48,510 nucleotides of DNA from Clostridia bacterium (lineage in GTDB: Bacteria; Bacillota; Peptococcia; Peptococcales; SKKY01), in NCBI GenBank assembly GCA_007123515.1, contig SKKY01000038.1, positions 1 through 48,510 of the forward strand. The letters are read 5' to 3'. The position numbers were made by a program, and so were the translations under genes. The notes under the pieces were generated by a model. It was not told where the DNA came from. It worked only from the letters and a program-made list of their open reading frames with translations, and did no database searches. Within the stretch, counting starts at the first letter, position 1. Each line of letters opens with the position of its first letter. Below, in pieces: positions 1 to 8,105 of the stretch.

Positions 1-20
1 AGGATCAAACTCTCCATTAA
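1..20 (-). rRNA. rrs: 5' end of a 16S rRNA gene (partial; the gene body lies left of the window)
   Basis: The reverse complement of nt 1-20 is TTAATGGAGAGTTTGATCCT. This is the conserved 16S 5' terminus (27F site AGAGTTTGATC..TGGCTCAG), cut by the window edge. Confidence 0.8.
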
Positions 21-97
21 TATCCTGTTCAAGCTAATAGCTTGCGTTTTACAAATTTGGTGCTTTTTATAACTCTTTCTTTTCGTTTCTTTGCAGC

Positions 98-111
98 TGT
101 TTAATTTTCAA
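98..111 (-). promoter_or_regulatory. boxA-like rRNA leader element
   Basis: The minus strand reads TTGAAAATTAAACA. It resembles the Firmicute rrn leader motif TTGAAAACTAAACA as I remember it, and it sits between the promoters and the 16S 5' end. Confidence 0.35.
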
Positions 112-144
112 TGTGCCTTGTCACTGTGCTCAGCAACGTTCTAT

Positions 145-173
145 ATATTAACAAGTAACTTTGTTGCTGTCAA
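145..173 (-). promoter_or_regulatory. rrn promoter (proximal), sigma-A type
   Basis: Minus strand: TTGACA, 17-nt spacer, TAATAT. It lies about 130 nt upstream of the 16S 5' end. Confidence 0.6.
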
Positions 174-200
174 TACCTTTGTGCACTTTTTTTACTATAT

Positions 201-229
201 ATTATGTGATTGCACAGAACCGTTCGCAA
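201..229 (-). promoter_or_regulatory. Possible middle rrn promoter
   Basis: Minus strand: TTGCGA, 17-nt spacer, CATAAT. Confidence 0.35.
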
Positions 230-245
230 ATTTAGTGACTTCATA

Positions 246-274
246 AATATAGCATACTCTTTAATTCGGTGCAA
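246..274 (-). promoter_or_regulatory. rrn promoter (distal), sigma-A type
   Basis: Minus strand: TTGCAC, 17-nt spacer, TATATT. Tandem promoters are typical of rRNA operons. Confidence 0.5.
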
Positions 275-308
275 TCACTTTTGAAGCTTTTTTTATCGTT
301 TTGCCACC

Positions 309-2018
309 CTATTTTATAGTGTCTGTCACACGGAAAAATTCGTTTTTAAATGCCTGTAATTTTTCTTCGGCATCTTTCTGATCTTCTCCGATTACCGAGA
401 AGTAGTACTTAATTTTCGGTTCCGTTCCCGAGGGTCTGACCGCCACCCATGAACCATCTTCCAGATAGAACTTAAGAACATTAGATGAAGGAAGATCAAT
501 CGGGGTATGTTGATCAGTGGCCACATCAAGTTCCGTTGAGCCCATAAAGTCCTGCACCTTAATGACCGGAAGATCACTTTGGGCAAGGAAATCATCGCGT
601 AAAAAGGTCATAATCTGCTGCATCTTTTCAAAGCCGGCTAAGCCTTCATAGGTTTCTGATACATTTTCCTCAAAGTAGTAGCCATAGGTTGCATAGATCT
701 CAGAAAGACGGTCTATCAGGGTTTTATTCTCTTTTTTAAGCAGCTCGGCAATCTGTGACAGCAGTAAAATCGCCTGCACGGCATCTTTATCGCGGACAAA
801 GAGCCTTGGCATGTACCCATAGCTTTCCTCGTAACCAAAAAGATAGACCTTGCCTTCTTTTTCAAGTTTCTTAGCTAGTTCGGCAATGTATTTAAAGCCG
901 GTTAAGACTTCGTAGCAAGGAATCCCTTTTTCCTGCGCAATTTTTGCACTCAGATCAGCAGTGACTACCGTCTTTACGATATAGCCTTCTTTAGGTACCG
1001 GAAGCTGGTTTAGCAGATAGTCAACCATAATGATGCCCATCTGGTTTCCGGTTAAGACCACATACTCGCCCTGATGCAGCACCTGGGTACCGATCCTGTC
1101 GCCATCGGGGTCGGTGGCAATCAACAGATCCGGGTTGGTATCTTTTGCTTTTTCCAACAACATGGCAAAACTTCCAGGATCTTCGGGATTAGGATATTCT
1201 AGGTCGGGGAATTCTGAATTAGGCTGACTTTGTTCTTCAAGCACTCCATAATTAACAAACTGATGGTTTTTCATCGCCTTGGCAACCGCTTTCTCCGCTG
1301 TACCATAAAACGCAGAAAACAACACGGAGATGTCCTTTGGTCCTTCCTGCATATAGTCAAGAGCCTGTAATTCGCTGTAATACTTATCATAGACTTCATC
1401 ATAGACCATAACGATCATTTCTTTTTCCACATAGGATTCAAAGGACTCCGTACTGATATCTAGGTAATCATTAATGCTGTTAACCTCATTAATGATCTGT
1501 GCGGCCTTTTCCTCGGTGACCTGTGCGCCATCATCCCAGTAGACCTTGTACCCGTTATAGTTTTTGGGGTTGTGACTGGCCGTAATCATGACGCCTCCGG
1601 TACAATCCAGGGCTCTGACCGCATAGGATAAGATGGGGGTTGGCGTGACCTCGGTAAAAAGATAGGTCTTAATCCCGTTGGCCGCAAAAATTTTAGCCGA
1701 CTCTCTGGAAAAAAGATCTGACTTTCTTCTAGGATCAAAAGCGATCACCGCTTTTCTTTCTCCTTCTCCATACTTATTAATCGCCTGGGCAAAACCCTGA
1801 GCGGCTCTTCTTATGGTATAAATGTTCATTCGATTGGTTCCGGCTCCTAAAATACCCCGTAAACCAGCGGTACCAAAAGCAATTGTCTGATAAAATCCCT
1901 CTTTTATTTGATCCGGATCATTTTGGATGGCGCGCAATTCTTCTGTGATCTCGGTATCTTCATGTTTTTTTTCCAGCCATTTTTGATAAATGTCCATATA
2001 GTTTTCATTATTACTCAT
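309..2018 (-). CDS. pgcA: Phosphoglucomutase/phosphomannomutase (alpha-D-phosphohexomutase family)
   Basis: 569 aa. Catalytic phosphoserine loop TASHNP, metal loop DPDGDR and sugar loop GYEESYG are present. SD GGAGGGGGG lies upstream of the ATG. Confidence 0.9.
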   Translation of the reverse strand: MSNNENYMDIYQKWLEKKHEDTEITEELRAIQNDPDQIKEGFYQTIAFGTAGLRGILGAGTNRMNIYTIRRAAQGFAQAINKYGEGERKAVIAFDPRRKSDLFSRESAKIFAANGIKTYLFTEVTPTPILSYAVRALDCTGGVMITASHNPKNYNGYKVYWDDGAQVTEEKAAQIINEVNSINDYLDISTESFESYVEKEMIVMVYDEVYDKYYSELQALDYMQEGPKDISVLFSAFYGTAEKAVAKAMKNHQFVNYGVLEEQSQPNSEFPDLEYPNPEDPGSFAMLLEKAKDTNPDLLIATDPDGDRIGTQVLHQGEYVVLTGNQMGIIMVDYLLNQLPVPKEGYIVKTVVTADLSAKIAQEKGIPCYEVLTGFKYIAELAKKLEKEGKVYLFGYEESYGYMPRLFVRDKDAVQAILLLSQIAELLKKENKTLIDRLSEIYATYGYYFEENVSETYEGLAGFEKMQQIMTFLRDDFLAQSDLPVIKVQDFMGSTELDVATDQHTPIDLPSSNVLKFYLEDGSWVAVRPSGTEPKIKYYFSVIGEDQKDAEEKLQAFKNEFFRVTDTIK

Positions 2019-2062
2019 ACAAATCCCCCCTCCTCGTTTCTCTTTTTAATACACGAAAAGCT

Positions 2063-3004
2063 TTATTCATAAACGCTAAAGGCTTTGTTGATTTGGTTCA
2101 TCCGTTGCCTGTAGAGGTTTTGTGCTTCCCGTAATGAGACTTCTTTAAAGGTCAGCGTCTTACCCGGAAGGCTTTGGGCCAGCACGGAGAGATCGGCTGA
2201 AATCACCCGGCCTATCTGGGTATAGCCGCCAACAGTCTGACGATCGGCCATCATAATGATCGGTTGGCCGTGACCGGGAACCTGTATCGCTCCAAAGGTA
2301 ATGGCCGAAGAGATCATATCCGCTCCTTCGCGGTGGCTAATCAGCGGACCGGACAGACGATAGCCCATTCTGTCAGACTGGTTACTGATGTCATAAGGTT
2401 CACTTAGGAACGTATGGATACCCTCACCGGTAAAGGCTTCGTCTTCTCTAAAGAGGATCACCCGGATCTCAGTCTGCCCGTAACCGGGAAGGACAGAGGC
2501 ATCAAAACGTTTAAAGGCGGTCTCTTTTGGTTCGATGACTATCGAATCACCTTTTTCAAGCTTGCGACCATCTAGTCCTCCGAAATTACCCCGGGTATAG
2601 GTGGCGTAGCTGCCCATCACGTTATCGGCCTTCATGGTACCACTAAAAGCCAGATAGGCTCTGGCACCGGTGCGCAGACCGGTAAACCGCAGCCGGCTTC
2701 CCGTTTGTATCTTAACGGTTTGATACATCGGAACCGGCATTCCGTCCACTTGCGGACCTAAATCTCCTCCGGTTATCGCGATGGTCAGATCCTCGTGCAC
2801 TTCCAGTTCAAGTCCCATAACGGTCACTTCTATCACAGGCGCTTCTTTAGGATTGCCTGCTAAAAGAGAGGCAATCATCGCTGCTTCTTTGTCCATGGCT
2901 CCGGACTCAGGGACCCCAAAAGCCTGATAGCCTTTTCGTCCACCATCCTGAATCAGCGAAAAAAATCCGGGATGACTCACAGTCAAACTGGCTTGTGTTT
3001 TCAT
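2063..3004 (-). CDS. pxpC: 5-oxoprolinase subunit C (allophanate hydrolase subunit 2 / KipA family)
   Basis: 313 aa with a typical KipA/PxpC N-terminus (PGFFSLIQDGGR.GY...GVP.SGAMD). It shares a 4-nt ATGA overlap with pxpB. Confidence 0.85.
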   Translation of the reverse strand: MKTQASLTVSHPGFFSLIQDGGRKGYQAFGVPESGAMDKEAAMIASLLAGNPKEAPVIEVTVMGLELEVHEDLTIAITGGDLGPQVDGMPVPMYQTVKIQTGSRLRFTGLRTGARAYLAFSGTMKADNVMGSYATYTRGNFGGLDGRKLEKGDSIVIEPKETAFKRFDASVLPGYGQTEIRVILFREDEAFTGEGIHTFLSEPYDISNQSDRMGYRLSGPLISHREGADMISSAITFGAIQVPGHGQPIIMMADRQTVGGYTQIGRVISADLSVLAQSLPGKTLTFKEVSLREAQNLYRQRMNQINKAFSVYE

Positions 3005-3690
3005 AGGGTACCTCCCATTTCGAGATATTCCTTTTCGCTTATCGGATAAAAGGCAATGTAGTCTCCGGCCTTAAGCAAAATCTCCGGGCTGCGATCTCTG
3101 TCAAAAAGCTTAAGCGGTGTACGCCCAATGATCTGCCAGCCCCCGGGGCTTTCGATCGGATAGATACCCGTCTGGTTTCCGGCAATGCCCACCGAACCAG
3201 CCCATATTTTTTCCCTTGGTGTCTCCAGCCTTGGGGTAGCAATTTTTTGATCCATCCCGCCTAAATAGGGAAAGCCCGGCGTAAAGCCAAGCATATAGAT
3301 CAGGTAGTTTTCTGAGGTGTGGATGGTTACCACCTCTTCTTCCGATAGTCCATTATATTTGGCGACCGTCGCTAGATCCGGACCAAACTCTCCACCATAG
3401 ACCACCGGAATCTTTACGGTTTGTGCCTCCGGAATCTCAATCGAGGTTAGCTGCCTACGAATTTCATAGAGCTGATCAAGCATTTCCTCGTAGTAACATT
3501 CCTGCTGATCATAGATAATGGTCAGTTGTGTATAGCTTGGAATGGCTTCAATCATGCCTTTGATTCCGTTTTTTTCAATGGCAAAAAGAAACCGGCGGAT
3601 TGCCTGATTCGTCTCTTCATTGATCGCAGTTCCAAAGGTAATAATCACGGCATCATCACCTCGGGGACGAAAGCCAATGGTCTCTTTCAT
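3001..3690 (-). CDS. pxpB: 5-oxoprolinase subunit B (KipI family)
   Basis: 229 aa, cyclophilin-like KipI fold motifs (GFTPGFPYLGG, GIYP.ESPGGWQIIGRTP). Translationally coupled to its neighbours. Confidence 0.85.
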   Translation of the reverse strand: MKETIGFRPRGDDAVIITFGTAINEETNQAIRRFLFAIEKNGIKGMIEAIPSYTQLTIIYDQQECYYEEMLDQLYEIRRQLTSIEIPEAQTVKIPVVYGGEFGPDLATVAKYNGLSEEEVVTIHTSENYLIYMLGFTPGFPYLGGMDQKIATPRLETPREKIWAGSVGIAGNQTGIYPIESPGGWQIIGRTPLKLFDRDRSPEILLKAGDYIAFYPISEKEYLEMGGTL

Positions 3691-4472
3691 TATGATAAGG
3701 TTCCCTCCTGACTGATCGCCGCAATCCGAATCTTTTTTTGCTCCAGCATCTGATTGATTTTTTCAGCAAATAATACGGCTTGTATATTGTCTCCGTGCAG
3801 GCAGACGGTCTGCAGTTCTATTGGAATTTCTTTTCCCGTGATGGCGCTCACGCTCTTTTTTTCCACAAACTGCTCAACCCGGGCCATCGCCAGTTCCTCA
3901 TCATGAATCATGGCTCCCGGCTTACTTCTGGCCACAAGCGACCCGTCTTCTTCATAGGCCCTGTCGGCAAATACTTCTCCGGCGGTTTGTAGCCCGGCAT
4001 CTTTGGCTGCCGTAATGGCTTTTGAACCAGCCAGTGCCACAAAGATTAGCTCAGGATTATAGTCATAGACGGTCTTAGCTAAGGCATAGGCCAGCTCATA
4101 ATCTTTTGCCGCCATATTGTATAGAGCTCCATGAGGCTTTACATGGTTAAGCCTTCCTCCGCTGACTCTGACAAAGGCATCAAGGGCGCCAATCTGATAG
4201 AGCATATCGTTTCTTACTTCTTCCAGACTTAGCTGCATATTTCTTCTGCCAAAACCCCGCAGATCAGGATAGCCCGGATGAGCTCCGATTGCTACCTTTT
4301 TGGCAACAGCCATCTCTACGGTTTTAGCCATGACCATCGGGTCACCGGCATGAAAACCACAGGCAATGTTAACGGAGCTGACATACTTAAGAATCTCTTC
4401 ATCCCGTCCGATCAGATAGGATCCGAAACTTTCTCCAAGGTCACAGTTTAAATCAATCTGTTTCAAGCTCAT
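3690..4472 (-). CDS. pxpA: 5-oxoprolinase subunit A (LamB/YcsF family)
   Basis: The LamB/YcsF N-terminus IDLNCDLGESFG follows the internal ATG at 4472, which is preceded by GGAGGAATG. The longer track ORF (to 4511) has no SD and would overlap the upstream gene. Confidence 0.85.
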   Translation of the reverse strand: MSLKQIDLNCDLGESFGSYLIGRDEEILKYVSSVNIACGFHAGDPMVMAKTVEMAVAKKVAIGAHPGYPDLRGFGRRNMQLSLEEVRNDMLYQIGALDAFVRVSGGRLNHVKPHGALYNMAAKDYELAYALAKTVYDYNPELIFVALAGSKAITAAKDAGLQTAGEVFADRAYEEDGSLVARSKPGAMIHDEELAMARVEQFVEKKSVSAITGKEIPIELQTVCLHGDNIQAVLFAEKINQMLEQKKIRIAAISQEGTLS

Positions 4473-4486
4473 TCCTCCATGCTGAA

Positions 4487-5359
4487 TTATTTTATAACGA
4501 CGTTTCCGCAAATCTCGTTCATGGCCTTTACGACACTTAGGTTCTTTTCCAATGATAATCCATCAACGGTGGCTACTTGTTCTCTAGTACATCCGTCCAC
4601 CGAACCTTTAGCCACAATTGCCTCTAACAGACATAATTCCATCTCTGCATTATACATTACAAAATTTTTGGTGATCACCGATAATCCGGCGGCAATGCCA
4701 TGCCCACCCCAATTAGAGACTCCGGTTAACAGCAGGTTATCTGCGGCCACCTCTGCGGCAATCTGATCGCCGTGGGCAACATGCTCTTTAATCTTGTCCT
4801 TTATTTTCCCCATACCCAGCTCATTGCCTCCGTCTCCGATGGCGGTGGTTCTGATTTTTCTTTTCTGAGCCTCAATCATCAAGATGTCGGTGTCCGGAAT
4901 CAGATCGGTCAGTTTCTCGGCTCTCATCGAATGAAAATGACCATTGGCTGCTTTTCCGGGTCTTTCTATTGCCAAAAAATGATCGGGCATAAAACGTTCA
5001 AAGAGATCGAGACAGAACTCTTGCGCACCCTCGTAGGGCACACAAACAATTTCTGCTGATAAGCCGAGGATGTTTTTTCCTTCAATTAGCAAATCATAAG
5101 AAAACCGGTCGGTGACCAGCTGCACTTCTTTTCCTTGACGCTCAAGCGCCCAGGCTATGCTTAAGGCACCCAATGGCCCGTCGGTTTCGCCGATGTTCGC
5201 AGAACGAATCACAAATCCGGTCAGGATCATAATCTTTGAACTGTTAGTAAGATCGGTTAAAGCTTGTTCGAATTGTCCTTCTAGTTGAATCTTTCCGATA
5301 CCCCGGTTCCCGGCATCTTCAGAAAAAAGAACTTCTATCTGCTGTAAAGAGGTTAGCAT
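4487..5359 (-). CDS. DUF4392-type protein (D-glutamate cyclase C-terminal-like domain)
   Basis: 290 aa. It contains the ETDGPLGA motif and the overall pattern I associate with DUF4392. It overlaps the upstream DUF1445 gene by 7 nt. Confidence 0.6.
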   Translation of the reverse strand: MLTSLQQIEVLFSEDAGNRGIGKIQLEGQFEQALTDLTNSSKIMILTGFVIRSANIGETDGPLGALSIAWALERQGKEVQLVTDRFSYDLLIEGKNILGLSAEIVCVPYEGAQEFCLDLFERFMPDHFLAIERPGKAANGHFHSMRAEKLTDLIPDTDILMIEAQKRKIRTTAIGDGGNELGMGKIKDKIKEHVAHGDQIAAEVAADNLLLTGVSNWGGHGIAAGLSVITKNFVMYNAEMELCLLEAIVAKGSVDGCTREQVATVDGLSLEKNLSVVKAMNEICGNVVIK

Positions 5360-6138
5360 CGGATCATCAACTCCTTATCAAGAATATCACCGATCATCAT
5401 ATAGCCGGGTGCGTGGGTAATCACAAAAGACGGTTTTACCTTCATAATGGCTGCCTGAGGGGTAACACCGCAGGCCCAAAAGACAGGAACTTCTCCATCT
5501 TTGATGGTTACCGCATCTCCGAAATCGGGATTATTAATATCAGTAATCCCGATTTCCTTTGGGTCGCCAATATGAACCGGTGCTCCGTGAACCTGAGGCA
5601 GCATCCCGGTTATTTTTACTGCCAAATCCACCTGATCTGCAGGAATCGGTCTCATGCTGACTACCATCGGTCCGGAAAACATACCTCCGGGTATTGTTTC
5701 AATATTGGTGATATACATCGGTACATTCACATTCTCTTCGATATGGCGAATCGGGACGCCGGCCTCTGTCAGTGCATTTTCAAAGCTAAAACTGCAGCCA
5801 ATTAAAAAGGCGACCAGATCATCCCTCCAGTAGTCTTTGATATTGAGCACTTCCTTTTCCAGTACTCCGTCTCTGTAAATTCTGTATCGCGGGATGTCGG
5901 TTCTGACATCACCGTCCTTAGCAAACAGCACGGTCTGAAAGCTGCCTGGATCGGTTACATCAAGAACCGGGCAAGGTTTGGGGTTACGCTGGCAAAAAAG
6001 AAAAAAGTCAAGCGCGTACTCCTTTGGTAAAATGACCAGATTGGCCTGGGTATAGCCTGGTGCCAATCCCGGTGTCGGAGCCGTCCAGTCTTCCTTTCTG
6101 ATCGCCATTCTTGCTTCATATCCGGTTTGTAGTATCAT
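5353..6138 (-). CDS. DUF1445 / UPF0317 putative hydro-lyase (YcsI-like)
   Basis: 261 aa. The N-terminus (R......W..PT.GLAPGY.QANLVILP...A.DF..FC.RNPKPCP) is typical of the YcsI/UPF0317 family. First gene of the pxp operon. Confidence 0.75.
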   Translation of the reverse strand: MILQTGYEARMAIRKEDWTAPTPGLAPGYTQANLVILPKEYALDFFLFCQRNPKPCPVLDVTDPGSFQTVLFAKDGDVRTDIPRYRIYRDGVLEKEVLNIKDYWRDDLVAFLIGCSFSFENALTEAGVPIRHIEENVNVPMYITNIETIPGGMFSGPMVVSMRPIPADQVDLAVKITGMLPQVHGAPVHIGDPKEIGITDINNPDFGDAVTIKDGEVPVFWACGVTPQAAIMKVKPSFVITHAPGYMMIGDILDKELMIRC

Positions 6139-6186
6139 TCTATGTCTCTCCTTTTTTCTTACCTCATTTAACGAATCTTATAAATA

Positions 6187-6215
6187 ATCATACCATATTC
6201 CGAGGCCTCTTAGAA
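6187..6215 (-). promoter_or_regulatory. Candidate promoter of the DUF1445-DUF4392-pxpABC operon (extended -10)
   Basis: Minus strand: TTCTAA, 17-nt spacer, TG-G-TATGAT. It lies about 45 nt upstream of the start at 6138, immediately after the terminator. Confidence 0.45.
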
Positions 6216-6216
6216 C

Positions 6217-6240
6217 AAAAAAAGAAGCCCTGCGGGCTTC
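6217..6240 (-). terminator. Rho-independent terminator
   Basis: GAAGCCC-GCA-GGGCTTC hairpin followed by T7 on the minus strand, directly after the stop at 6249. Confidence 0.75.
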
Positions 6241-6248
6241 TTGGTCTT

Positions 6249-6419
6249 TTACTTGCCTGAGGCCTGATTGTCTGGCCGGAAGGTAAGGTGTTTTCTTATG
6301 TATGAATAGACTTTTTCTGTTCGGGATCTTTTTTTGTAGGCATACGAGTTGCTTTTAAAGAGCTTGTACAACAGATCCTTTTCCTCTGATGTGACCTCGT
6401 GAAACACGGGCTTTTCCAT
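6249..6419 (-). CDS. Small basic hypothetical protein (56 aa from the SD-supported start)
   Basis: GGAGG lies 12 nt upstream of the ATG at 6419, and a terminator follows the stop. I recognise no family. The track ORF extends to 6491 without an SD. Confidence 0.3.
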   Translation of the reverse strand: MEKPVFHEVTSEEKDLLYKLFKSNSYAYKKRSRTEKVYSYIRKHLTFRPDNQASGK

Positions 6420-6525
6420 AGTCGTTACCAACCTCCGTCGATGTCTTTTTCCGAACTGGTTCACTGGTTTTTCTGCTGTTAAGGATACCATACCTTTTCT
6501 TTGGCTGACAACACAATCCGTATGG

Positions 6526-7104
6526 TCAAATAGTCACAAATGCGGGATCCGAAAGAAGCGTCTCTGCAAAAAACTGATGACCTTCCTCTGTCAGATGGAT
6601 GCCGTCAAGATACAGGGCCTCCCTGGTTTTTTGATCAAGGTCCATAAAGCCTGAAAAGAGATTAACCACTTTTCCGGGAAAACGCAACGACAGGCTCTCG
6701 GCCATCTGCATAAGACCGAGGTTGCACTGCATATAGTCGGCGGTGGCATCCCAGCTTCTTTCGGCCATCCAGCCGATAGCCGGTGGCGGAATAATCAGGC
6801 AGCTTTGTGGCTGATTATCTGCTATGGTTTCAAAAAGACTCTCTGTATCGGCTGCTACCTGAGCAGGCACTCTGCCTGAGAGCAGATCATTCGTGCCGGC
6901 CATAAAGGTACAGGCATCTTTTTTTGTCTGCAAAAGATCGTGCTCCATGCGCAGCCTCATCCCTAAAAGGCTGTCTCCATTTTGCCCCCGGTTAATGATC
7001 ATCCATCGTTTTTTGCGGGCAATCACCTGATGCCAGACATTAGGCGGCCTTACGCCATAGCCATAGGTCAGACTGTCTCCAAAACAAAGCAGTAGCTTAC
7101 TCAT
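6526..7104 (-). CDS. SGNH/GDSL-family hydrolase
   Basis: Block I GDSLTYGYG, block III GTND, and a C-terminal DGIHLT (D-x-x-H catalytic pair). The start is placed at the ATG preceded by GGAGTG. Confidence 0.8.
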   Translation of the reverse strand: MSKLLLCFGDSLTYGYGVRPPNVWHQVIARKKRWMIINRGQNGDSLLGMRLRMEHDLLQTKKDACTFMAGTNDLLSGRVPAQVAADTESLFETIADNQPQSCLIIPPPAIGWMAERSWDATADYMQCNLGLMQMAESLSLRFPGKVVNLFSGFMDLDQKTREALYLDGIHLTEEGHQFFAETLLSDPAFVTI

Positions 7105-7146
7105 CCCGTTCACTCCAAACATTTATTTTTTCTTTTAAAAAGCGGA

Positions 7147-7174
7147 TTGTTAAGATGGTGATCTCTAGTATAAT
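7147..7174 (+). promoter_or_regulatory. Sigma-A promoter for the lipid kinase gene
   Basis: TTGTTA, 16-nt spacer, TATAAT, about 30 nt upstream of the SD/ATG at 7206. Confidence 0.55.
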
Positions 7175-7205
7175 AGAGGAAAATCATACATAAAGGATTT
7201 GACTA

Positions 7206-8102
7206 ATGAAAACCATTAAAATTATCTATAACCCTTCAGCAGGGCAGCAGGTTCAGCAGGAAAAAATTTTTGTGATCGCCCAAAGACTGCTTGAGAGCAT
7301 TGAATGCCGGATCTCCTTGTTTGCCACAAAAAAAAAGTGCGATGCTTACGAAGAGACCAAAAAAGCCTGTACTGATCACTATGATCTTTTGATTGCTTGT
7401 GGCGGTGATGGTACGGTAAATGAGGTTGTTAACGGAATGATGGATTCCGGACACCCTATCCCGCTGGCGATCTTAGCCGCCGGCAGCGTTAATGATTTTT
7501 CCGAGCATCTTAAACTGCCTACTGATATTACAAAGTTTCTCGATATGATTTTAGAGCATAAGACACAAAAGGTGGACGTTGGTAAAATGAACGAGACCTA
7601 TTTTATCAACATCGTTGGCGGAGGAGCTTTTACCAATATTGCCCATGAAGTCCCCAGTGATACCAAAACCATTCTCGGAAGGTTTGCCTACTATCTGCAG
7701 GGAGCTTTTGAGCTACCCTACCAGATTGACAGGTCTTTTCCCCTGCTCGTAACGGTTAATGACCAGGAACCCTTTGCCGTTGATGCCTTTGTATTTCTGG
7801 TGTCTAACAGCCCAAGTGTGGGTGGTTTTAAATCCATGGTGGCCCAGGCTGATGTCTCCGATGGCTCACTTGATCTTTTGATCATTAAAAAGAGTTCGAA
7901 AAAAGATCTGCTTGAGACCTTTTCCAAGATTATTACCGGTCAGCCATCGAAAAGCGGCACGATGATGTATTATAAAGTGTCGTCGCTGACAATTGAGAGC
8001 CAAGGCAGCGAAATTGAACTAGACATTGACGGGGAGCGGGGCCAACATACACCGGCTGTCATTTCTGTGTTGCCCGGTGCCATTGAACTGCTGATCCCCT
8101 GA
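7206..8102 (+). CDS. Diacylglycerol kinase-family lipid kinase (YegS/BmrU/DagK type)
   Basis: 298 aa. IYNP.AG start, GGDGT nucleotide-binding motif and a C-terminal DGE motif. Confidence 0.85.
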   Translation: MKTIKIIYNPSAGQQVQQEKIFVIAQRLLESIECRISLFATKKKCDAYEETKKACTDHYDLLIACGGDGTVNEVVNGMMDSGHPIPLAILAAGSVNDFSEHLKLPTDITKFLDMILEHKTQKVDVGKMNETYFINIVGGGAFTNIAHEVPSDTKTILGRFAYYLQGAFELPYQIDRSFPLLVTVNDQEPFAVDAFVFLVSNSPSVGGFKSMVAQADVSDGSLDLLIIKKSSKKDLLETFSKIITGQPSKSGTMMYYKVSSLTIESQGSEIELDIDGERGQHTPAVISVLPGAIELLIP

Positions 8103-8105
8103 GAC

